DNA of 64,000 bases. Source: Chlorobiaceae bacterium (lineage in GTDB: Bacteria; Bacteroidota; Chlorobiia; Chlorobiales; Chlorobiaceae). Below the pieces are notes generated by a model. The model made no database searches. It had not been told where the DNA came from and worked only from the letters and a program-made list of their open reading frames with translations. This document shows, one piece after another, positions 39,823 through 49,968 of this stretch. Every line of letters starts with the position of its first letter. Position 1 is the stretch's first letter. The DNA is taken from assembly GCA_037134935.1 (NCBI GenBank), contig JBAXLG010000005.1, forward strand, positions 1 to 64,000, written 5' to 3'. Position numbers and translations under genes: made by a program.

Positions 39823-42051
39823 TTGACGGATTTTTTAAACGATCTCAATGAAGTACAGCGCAATGCCATAAGCGCGACAGAAGGGCCTGTTATGGTTCTG
39901 GCTGGTGCCGGTTCCGGCAAGACAAGGGTGATCACTTACCGTATTGCATATCTTATAAGAAACAAAGGAGTTTCCCCCCAGAATATTCTCGCACTTACCT
40001 TTACCAACAAAGCGGCGGGTGAGATGCGTCATCGTGTTGATACCCTGCTGCACTCAGGCAGTGCCAGCGGTTTGTGGATTGGAACGTTTCATTCGATATT
40101 TGCCCGTATTCTTCGCAATTATATTCACCTGATTGGCTATAACGGGAATTTTTCGATTTTCGATACGGATGACAGTAAAGGTCTTATACGGCAGTCCATG
40201 GTGGAGCTGAATATTTCCCACGAGTCGGTACCCGTCAATACGGTTCAGGGCTTGATCAGTCGAGCTAAAAACAGTTTTATTCTACCAGCTGAGTTTAATC
40301 GGAAGGCAGGAGATTATAACCAGCAGAAAACAGCCAAGATCTACGAGTTGTATACCCGAAAACTCAAGGAGAATAATGCTCTGGATTTTGATGATTTGCT
40401 TATCAAGCCGATTGAACTGTTCAATGAACATTCTACTGTACTCGAAGAACTTCAGGAGTTTTTCCGTTACATCATGATTGATGAGTATCAGGATACTAAC
40501 CGAGCACAGTATCTTGTAGCCAAAATGCTGGGGGCGCGGCATCGTAATATCTTTGTTGTTGGTGATGATGCTCAGTCAATCTATTCATGGCGAGGTGCTG
40601 ATATTTCCAACATCCTAAATTTTCAGGACGACTATGATGATACCCTTACCTTCAAGCTCGTTGAGAATTATCGGAGTACGGGAAATATTCTCAAAGCGGC
40701 AAATAGTGTGATTAGCTGTAATCAGCGTCAGATAAAGAAGGAGCTGATTTCAAGTAGAAATGACGGGGAGCCTCTGACGCTTATTGAAGCATATAATGAG
40801 CGGAATGAGGCTGAAAAGGTAGGAGATTATATTCGCTCCATGAATTTGAAACAGAGCTTTGAGTTCAGAAGCTTTGCTGTTTTTTACCGTACCAATGCCC
40901 AGTCGAGGGTACTTGAGGATGTGATGCGTCAGTATAGAATTCCCTATAGGATTTTTGGTAGTGTGTCATTTTACAAACGACGCGAGATAAAGGATACGGT
41001 TGCTTATCTTCGCTTCATTCTTAACGAGCAGGATAGCGAATCATTATTGAGAATTATCAATTTTCCCCCCCGTAAAATCGGTGATGTCAGTATCGGCAAA
41101 CTCAAATATTTTGCCGAAACAGAGGGGATAACTCTTTATGATGCAATCAGGCGAGCTAAAGATGGAGCATTTCCGGTACGCCTTGTCAATGCTTTGACTT
41201 CTTTCAGTAGCGTTATTGAGACACTTAAGGAACTCGCAAAAAATGGAACGGTATATGACGTCCTGACGGAATTGTTTAACCTGACTTCCATTTGTTTACT
41301 GCTTCAGGCAGAAAATACGCCTGAATCTTTAGCGCGTCATGAAAACCTTCAGGAGCTGCTTTCGATGGCAAGGGATTTTTCTGATCATAACCCAGATACT
41401 GGTTCTCTTGGGAATTTCCTTGAAAATATCTCGCTTGCATCCGATTATGAAGAGACTCAGGATTCAGATAATTATGTCTCTCTTATGACTGTGCATGCAG
41501 CCAAGGGGCTTGAATTTCCGGTTGTGTTTGTTACTGGTCTCGAAGAAAGGCTTTTTCCTTTAAACTGCTATGAACCTGAAGAGCTTGAGGAAGAACGGCG
41601 TCTTTTTTATGTGGCGATGACCAGGGCGAAGGAAAAGATATTTCTTTCTTGGGCGCAAAGCCGCTATCATTATGGTAAGCTTCAGCACTGCCTTAAATCG
41701 GCGTTTATTGGAGAGGTTGACTCATCTATAGTTCAGACAGAGCGTGGCAATTTGCTTTCCGATTGTTCAGTCAAAGAACGGGCAGTTTCAGGTTTATCCT
41801 CTTTTTCAAGGGACTATCAGCAGAAAACAGAAACACCGCTTGCTGTTCATGCAGGCTCAGGTCAACGGACGAATAATCCATCCCGCTCAGAATTTCGGGC
41901 AGGTACGATGGTGCATCATGCTGTTTTCGGCCCCGGAACAGTTCTTGAGGTTCAGGGTACAGGGGCAAAACAGAAAGTCAGGATCAGTTTTCGCAGTACG
42001 GGGGAAAAGACTTTGATGGTACAGTATGCAAATCTTAAAATTAAGCAGTAA
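39823..42051 (+). CDS. pcrA: UvrD/PcrA/Rep-family SF1 DNA helicase
   Basis: It has LNDLNEVQRNAI, Walker A (AGAGSGKT), DEYQDTN and C-terminal Tudor-like motifs. The apparent start is TTG at 39823, with no upstream in-frame ATG. Confidence 0.85.
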   Translation: MTDFLNDLNEVQRNAISATEGPVMVLAGAGSGKTRVITYRIAYLIRNKGVSPQNILALTFTNKAAGEMRHRVDTLLHSGSASGLWIGTFHSIFARILRNYIHLIGYNGNFSIFDTDDSKGLIRQSMVELNISHESVPVNTVQGLISRAKNSFILPAEFNRKAGDYNQQKTAKIYELYTRKLKENNALDFDDLLIKPIELFNEHSTVLEELQEFFRYIMIDEYQDTNRAQYLVAKMLGARHRNIFVVGDDAQSIYSWRGADISNILNFQDDYDDTLTFKLVENYRSTGNILKAANSVISCNQRQIKKELISSRNDGEPLTLIEAYNERNEAEKVGDYIRSMNLKQSFEFRSFAVFYRTNAQSRVLEDVMRQYRIPYRIFGSVSFYKRREIKDTVAYLRFILNEQDSESLLRIINFPPRKIGDVSIGKLKYFAETEGITLYDAIRRAKDGAFPVRLVNALTSFSSVIETLKELAKNGTVYDVLTELFNLTSICLLLQAENTPESLARHENLQELLSMARDFSDHNPDTGSLGNFLENISLASDYEETQDSDNYVSLMTVHAAKGLEFPVVFVTGLEERLFPLNCYEPEELEEERRLFYVAMTRAKEKIFLSWAQSRYHYGKLQHCLKSAFIGEVDSSIVQTERGNLLSDCSVKERAVSGLSSFSRDYQQKTETPLAVHAGSGQRTNNPSRSEFRAGTMVHHAVFGPGTVLEVQGTGAKQKVRISFRSTGEKTLMVQYANLKIKQ

Positions 42052-42097
42052 TACTTTGTTATCGCTAACTCCCTTCATGTAATAAACCGGAAACAGT

Positions 42098-43129
42098 ATG
42101 AAGATTCTTTTCGGTGTCCAGGGAACCGGTAACGGTCATATCAGTCGTAGCAGGGAGCTTGTTCGAAAGCTTAAAGAGTCTGGTCATGATGTCGACGTTA
42201 TTATTAGCGGAAGAAAAGAAGATGAGTTGAAAGAAGTAGAGATATTCGAGCCTTACAGGGTGTTGAAGGGGATGACGCTGGTTACCTACAAGGGAAAAAT
42301 GAGTTATATAGGTACGATGTTTCAACTTGACCTTGCCCGTCTTATGGCTGATGTTGCGCTACTCAATACTGCCGGAACGGAGTTGATTATCACAGATTTT
42401 GACCCGATTACCTCGATAGTCGCAAAAACGAGAAATATTCCTTCCATAGGTTTCGGGCATCAGTATGCCTTTCAGTATGATATTCCTGTGGTGCCGGCGA
42501 ATTTTTTTGCAAAATTCGCTTTGATGAATTTTGCGTCGGCACAATACAATGCAGGCCTTCACTGGCATCACTTTTATCAACCTATTTTTCCGCCTGTTAT
42601 ACCATCAACACTTTATGAACAGACATCAAGGAGCCTTGTTAATGGAAAAATTCTTGTTTATCTGCCTTTTGAAGAGCTGGAAGATGTTGTTGATTTTCTC
42701 GTTTCCTTTGACGAGTTCGAGTTTTTTATTTATGGCAAGGTTAATGAGGATCGTGATGAGGGACATTTGCATTTCAGGGGGTATTCCCGGGAAGGGTTTC
42801 TTTCAGACCTGCTTGAATGCAACGGTGTAGTCTGTAATGCTGGATTTGAGCTACCTGGTGAAGCGCTTCATCTTGGCAAGAAGCTATTGCTCCGACCACT
42901 TGATGGTCAAATTGAACAGGAATCTAATGCTTTGGCGATGGAGCAACTGGGTTATGGTATGGCAATGCATAGCCTTGAAAGAACTATTCTTGCAGACTGG
43001 TTGCAGCAGCCCTGCAGGGAACCATTGTGTTATGCAAGAACGGTGAATTATATTGCCGAATGGATAGGGAGTGGCCGGTGGGATAAACTTCCGAAATATA
43101 CTACGGCTGCTTGGGAAGGACTGCCTTAA
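42098..43129 (+). CDS. GT28/MJ1255-like glycosyltransferase (UDP-sugar:lipid or pigment glycosyltransferase candidate)
   Basis: The N-terminus MKILFGVQGTGNGHISRSREL is typical of GT-B GT28/TIGR00661 proteins. Confidence 0.6.
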   Translation: MKILFGVQGTGNGHISRSRELVRKLKESGHDVDVIISGRKEDELKEVEIFEPYRVLKGMTLVTYKGKMSYIGTMFQLDLARLMADVALLNTAGTELIITDFDPITSIVAKTRNIPSIGFGHQYAFQYDIPVVPANFFAKFALMNFASAQYNAGLHWHHFYQPIFPPVIPSTLYEQTSRSLVNGKILVYLPFEELEDVVDFLVSFDEFEFFIYGKVNEDRDEGHLHFRGYSREGFLSDLLECNGVVCNAGFELPGEALHLGKKLLLRPLDGQIEQESNALAMEQLGYGMAMHSLERTILADWLQQPCREPLCYARTVNYIAEWIGSGRWDKLPKYTTAAWEGLP

Positions 43130-43139
43130 CGCTATTTTT

Positions 43140-43721
43140 ATGATGCTTTTCAGGGATATTGTAACGAAATGCCGAAGTTATCGGAGATTTGACAGTTCTT
43201 ATGCTGTTAAAGAAGAAACGGTGCGGGACCTTGTTGAGCTTGCCTGCTATGTTCCTTCGGCAAAAAATCTTCAGCCGCTGAAATATTTACCAGTTTGCGA
43301 ACCTGAGGTTGTTGCCTTGCTTTTTCCCTGCATTTCATGGGCAAGCTACCTTGCTGACTGGCCTGGTCCGGGTGAGGGAGAACGTCCACAAGCTTATATT
43401 GTCATGCTTGGTGATCTGACGATTGGCAGTGAATTTGCTTGCGATAGCGGAATCGCGGCACAGACCATTCTTTTAGGAGCAACGGCATCAGGTCTCGGTG
43501 GCTGTATTATTGCATCTCTTGATCGGAGTAAATTAAAGGCTTTATTGAAGATTCCTGACAGGTTTTCAATTCTTATGGTCATAGCTCTCGGTAAACCGGT
43601 CGAAACAGTGGTTATTGACCAGATGGCCAATCATGACTCTGTTCATTATTACAGGGATGCTAATGGTATTCATCATGTGCCCAAAAGGCTTCCTGACGAA
43701 GTCCTTCTAAAGTTTTATTAG
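43140..43721 (+). CDS. Nitroreductase-family flavoprotein
   Basis: RSYRRFD…PSAKNLQP…GGCIIAS are nitroreductase/NADH oxidase fold motifs. The start is ATG 43140. Confidence 0.7.
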   Translation: MMLFRDIVTKCRSYRRFDSSYAVKEETVRDLVELACYVPSAKNLQPLKYLPVCEPEVVALLFPCISWASYLADWPGPGEGERPQAYIVMLGDLTIGSEFACDSGIAAQTILLGATASGLGGCIIASLDRSKLKALLKIPDRFSILMVIALGKPVETVVIDQMANHDSVHYYRDANGIHHVPKRLPDEVLLKFY

Positions 43722-43734
43722 CTGTGCTCTACTT

Positions 43735-44165
43735 GTGGAAAAGATGATTCGCATTGATGAACTGATTTTTGCCTATCGTCAAGGTTTTTTTCCAATGTCT
43801 GATCAAAAGGACGGAAACCTATACTGGTGTCAGCCCTACAAACGAGCAGTTTTTTTTCTTGAAGCCTATTGTCCTTCCCGAGATGTTCGCCGTTTGACAA
43901 GAAAAAAAAGCTCCGGATTATGTTAAACAGGAAATTTGACGGGGTAATCAAAGTGTGTGCATCTCCAGAAAAAATGACCATGAAACCTGGCTTTCTACTG
44001 CAGTTATTAAGGTATATCAAAAACTTTATCGGCTTGGTTCAGCTCATAATGCTGAAACCTGGTATTGTAATGAATTGGCTGGAGGATTATAATTGTTCAC
44101 GATAAGTTTTTTTGCGCCACTTGAACAGGCGCTGCGTAAAAAGATAGTTTTTCACTAAGCAGAGG
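43735..44165 (+). pseudogene. aat: Decayed leucyl/phenylalanyl-tRNA-protein transferase gene
   Basis: The Aat N-region motifs are LIFAYRQGFFPM…LYWCQPYKRAV…SRDVRRLTRKK. Reading continues in two other frames after A8 (43902-43909) and A6 (43969-43974) runs (…FDGVIKVCA…; …ETWLSTAVIKVYQKLYRLGSAHNAETWYCNELAGG). It stops ~100 aa short of full length. Confidence 0.6.
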
Positions 44166-44255
44166 AAAAATAGTACCTTCATTAACATTGTTTTATTATA
44201 GTTCAGCCGAAAATATCTTTTAGGTTTATTGACACCTATAACAGGGGAGTTTTTT

Positions 44256-45557
44256 ATGTTGTCGAGGGATTTAACAGAAAGCCAGTCGTTACCGAGAATT
44301 ATCATTTATTCGGGAAAGGGGGGAACAGGAAAAACAACGATTTCATCATCGACAGCAGTTGCTTTGGCCCGGCAGAACAAAAAAGTGCTGATCATGTCTT
44401 CTGATCCAGCTCATTCGCTTTCTGATGTTTTCAATACGAAAATCAGTCGCAACGATCCACAGAAAATTGAAAATAATCTGTATGGCCTTGAGGTTGATAC
44501 GGTCTACGAGCTTAAAAAGAATATGTCTGGCTTTCAGAAGTTTGTTTCGTCATCCTATAAAAGCAAAGGGATTGACAGTGGCATGGCTTCCGAGTTGACT
44601 ACACAACCCGGCCTTGACGAAATTTTCGCCCTAAGTCGTTTGCTTGATGAAGCGCAGTCTGGTAGATGGGATGCTGTTGTGCTTGATACCTCACCAACAG
44701 GTAATACGCTCCGTCTTCTTGCTTATCCAGAGATTATCATTGGTGGAAACATGGGGAAGCAGTTTTTCAAGCTCTATAAAAGCATGTCTTCACTGGCCCG
44801 CCCGTTAAGTGGAAACTCAATTCCTGACGATGAGTTTTTTAACGAGGTCAATGTGCTGCTGAAGCAGATGGAGGATATCAACAAGTTCATTCTCAGCCCC
44901 GAGGTCAGCTTCCGTTTGGTACTGAACCCTGAAAAGCTCTCCATTCTTGAAACAAAAAGAGCATATACTTTTGTGCATTTGTACGGAATAAATGTTGATG
45001 GAATTGTCATCAATAAAATTCTTCCAACCTCAAAAACCGTTGGGGAGTACTTTGAATTCTGGGCAGATCTGCATACTAAGTATCTGATGGAGATTGACAA
45101 CTCATTTTATCCTACACCGGTTTTCCGCTGTCAGCTGCAGAGAACCGAGCCGATAGGGACAGATGCGCTTCATGAGATAAGTAAATTGGTGTTTGGTGAG
45201 CAAGAGCCCGACAAGATTTTTTATTCCGGCAAAAATTTCTGGATTGAAAGCAAAAAAAATCCTGCTACCGATGACCATCGGGAAATACTCTGTATCAAAA
45301 TTCCATTTCTCAAGGATGCTGAAGATGTTAGTGTTGAACGGATGGGTACTGACATTGCCGTTACAGTTGACAGGGCCCAGCGAATCATTACCCTTCCAAG
45401 GGCATTATACAGTCTTGAACTGGAGGAATATCTCAGAGAGGACAATCTTTTGCGCGTAATTTTCAGGGAAACACCTGTGAAAAAGGAGGATGTTGAGCTG
45501 AATGTCAATAAAAATATGCTCGACAAGCTTCGCTCAATGAGACGATTGAAAATATAG
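44256..45557 (+). CDS. ArsA/Get3-like P-loop ATPase with C-terminal alpha-crystallin/HSP20-like domain
   Basis: It has a deviant Walker A (YSGKGGTGKTT), SDPAHSLSD and DTSPTG motifs. The C-terminal ~90 aa (ILCIKIPFLKDAEDVSVERMGTDIAVTV…LLRVIF) is an HSP20/CS-like beta-sandwich. An SD (GGGGAG) lies upstream of ATG 44256. Confidence 0.7.
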   Translation: MLSRDLTESQSLPRIIIYSGKGGTGKTTISSSTAVALARQNKKVLIMSSDPAHSLSDVFNTKISRNDPQKIENNLYGLEVDTVYELKKNMSGFQKFVSSSYKSKGIDSGMASELTTQPGLDEIFALSRLLDEAQSGRWDAVVLDTSPTGNTLRLLAYPEIIIGGNMGKQFFKLYKSMSSLARPLSGNSIPDDEFFNEVNVLLKQMEDINKFILSPEVSFRLVLNPEKLSILETKRAYTFVHLYGINVDGIVINKILPTSKTVGEYFEFWADLHTKYLMEIDNSFYPTPVFRCQLQRTEPIGTDALHEISKLVFGEQEPDKIFYSGKNFWIESKKNPATDDHREILCIKIPFLKDAEDVSVERMGTDIAVTVDRAQRIITLPRALYSLELEEYLREDNLLRVIFRETPVKKEDVELNVNKNMLDKLRSMRRLKI

Positions 45558-45698
45558 TTCATGTGTTCCAGATTGGAAACAAGAAAAATTCAGTGCAACA
45601 GTTTAACTTTCTGAGAGAATCTTTTATCTTAAGCATTTAGAATGTTGAATCAGCGGGGATCTGCCCTGAATCATTGTTAATAGAATTAGCTTATTATC

Positions 45699-46580
45699 AT
45701 GTCCGAGAAAGTGCATTATGGTTTATTGAAAGGGAAGAAAGGAATTGTTTTCGGTCCCCTTGATGAAAGCAGTATCGGCTGGCAGATTGCGGTTCATGCC
45801 TATAAGGAAGGTGCTCAGATCGCAATTTCAAATGTTGCGGCCGCATTGCGTTTCGGTAATATCGAAGAACTTTCTACCATATGTGGCAATGCCCCTATGA
45901 TAGTTTGTGATGCATCCAAGAATGAAGATGTCGACAATTGTTTCATAGAGTTGAAAGAGAAATTCGGCCCTGTAGATTTTATTGTGCATTCCATCGGAAT
46001 GTCGCAGAATATCCGCAAGCAATTGCCTTATGAAGAGCTCAATTACGAATGGTTCATGAGAACTCTTGATGTTTCTGGGTTGTCGCTTCACAGGCTTGTT
46101 TCCTATGCTCTTAAGAATGAGGCAATCAACAACGGTGCAAGTATTCTTGCGCTTTCCTATATTGCATCGCAGAGGAACTACTGGACTTACTCTGATATGG
46201 GAGACGCAAAATCCTTACTTGAATCCATCGTCCGCAGTTATGGACCGAGGCTGGCAAAGCGATCCATTCGTATCAATACAATATCACAAAGTCCTACTTA
46301 TACCAAGGCTGGTAGCGGTATCCCAGGTTTTGAAAAGATGTATGAATACAGCGATCTCATGTCTCCTTTAGGAAATGCTTCTGCTGAAGAGTGTGCCGAA
46401 TATGCCATGACCATTCTCAGTGACCTTTCCCGCAAGGTAACCATGCAGAACCTTTTCCATGATGGTGGTTACAGCTCCATGGGAGCTACCATCCCCATTA
46501 TAAAGCTTGCCCATGAAGTTCTTAACGACAAGGAGCTTGCTGCTCGTGTGGGTCTTGATGAATTTACTCCTTCCGAATGA
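45699..46580 (+). CDS. fabI: Enoyl-ACP reductase (FabI-like SDR)
   Basis: A glycine-rich NAD site and a Y…K catalytic dyad are present in an FabI-like arrangement. Confidence 0.65.
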   Translation: MSEKVHYGLLKGKKGIVFGPLDESSIGWQIAVHAYKEGAQIAISNVAAALRFGNIEELSTICGNAPMIVCDASKNEDVDNCFIELKEKFGPVDFIVHSIGMSQNIRKQLPYEELNYEWFMRTLDVSGLSLHRLVSYALKNEAINNGASILALSYIASQRNYWTYSDMGDAKSLLESIVRSYGPRLAKRSIRINTISQSPTYTKAGSGIPGFEKMYEYSDLMSPLGNASAEECAEYAMTILSDLSRKVTMQNLFHDGGYSSMGATIPIIKLAHEVLNDKELAARVGLDEFTPSE

Positions 46581-46902
46581 TCTTTCGGGAATCTGACAAT
46601 TAGTTTGTTCCGCGTTTTCTGACAGACTAAACTGGAAGTGCAGGCGCTGAAACTATATGGGTGTTGTGTTTTTTGCATGGAAGTGGAAAAATTTGAAATA
46701 GTAAACTGGGTTTTATGACCTTGGGTTTGGCCATGTAATTCTTTTACTAAAACAGGTTTTGTGTCTATATTTTGCATAGAGCAATACTTACCACAACAGT
46801 ATAGAGCAACCGTGCCGAAAAAACCTTGATGTCCTTGTTTTTTCCGGTACTCACATCGGATGTGGTTGTTGTGTAATGCTTTTTCGTGGAGTTTATCAAT
46901 AG

Positions 46903-49245
<2,343 letters not shown>

Positions 49246-49270
49246 TTTATTGCTCAGGTAAAACGCTGAA

Positions 49271-49311
49271 AAAGCTGTTTCATTCAAAATGATGAAACAG
49301 CTTTTTTGGTT
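49271..49311 (+). terminator. Intrinsic terminator downstream of icd
   Basis: A 13-bp stem aaagctgtttcat…atgaaacagcttt is followed by TTTGGTTT. Confidence 0.75.
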
Positions 49312-49533
49312 TATACTTATGCCTATACTATAGGTGCCGTTTCCTTCCTGTTCCCTTGGAACTCAGGACAATATTTCCCGGCAGACTGCCGGTTTTGACT
49401 TGTATTTTCAAGCCATTTGAATTTCCGACTGGTACCACAGATAATCTTTAGGAAAGCTCTAAAAAGTGAGTGTTGTTCTATCACCTGATAGTAAGCAATC
49501 TGAAGGATTCCGACTAAACCATAAAAAAACTTA

Positions 49534-49968
49534 TCAATGAGTTTTGTTCAGCAAAGGAATCGTTTCGTAAATCACTTTGGACAAGACGGCGAAAGCCTCA
49601 TTTTCAAAGAGTTTGTCGTCCATATACCGTGTTACGATTTTGTCATTCTCACCCATGCGCTGAATCATCAGCTCTTCAATCATTTTACGGAGGCCAAGCT
49701 GAAATTTGTCGAACGGATTAGCCTGTCGCAACTGAATGACAGCGGGAGTAGTTGCAGCTTTTTCCTTTATCTGCTCAAAGAAAAGCCGGTCTTCTTCAGT
49801 AAAGTTTGTGCCGAAACGTTCGTTGAGAATCTTGATAATTTCAGAGAGAGGCGCCTTTTCCTCTTTAGCTTTTCCTGAACCGACATCTGTAGGGCTTTTC
49901 ACTCCGTATCTGCTCTCATTATCCCGCAAGACAATAGCACCCGAAAAAACTCTCTGCAGGCGATAGTA
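49534..49968 (-). pseudogene. hsdR: C-terminal ~145 codons of hsdR, separated from the main ORF by an in-frame TAA
   Basis: It is in the same frame as 49969..52629, with a TAA at 49969-49971. The downstream translation (…YYRLQRVFSGAIVLRDNESRYGVKSPTDVGSGKAKEEKAPLSEIIKILNERFGTNFTEEDRLFFEQI…) is a typical HsdR C-terminal region. Confidence 0.7.
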
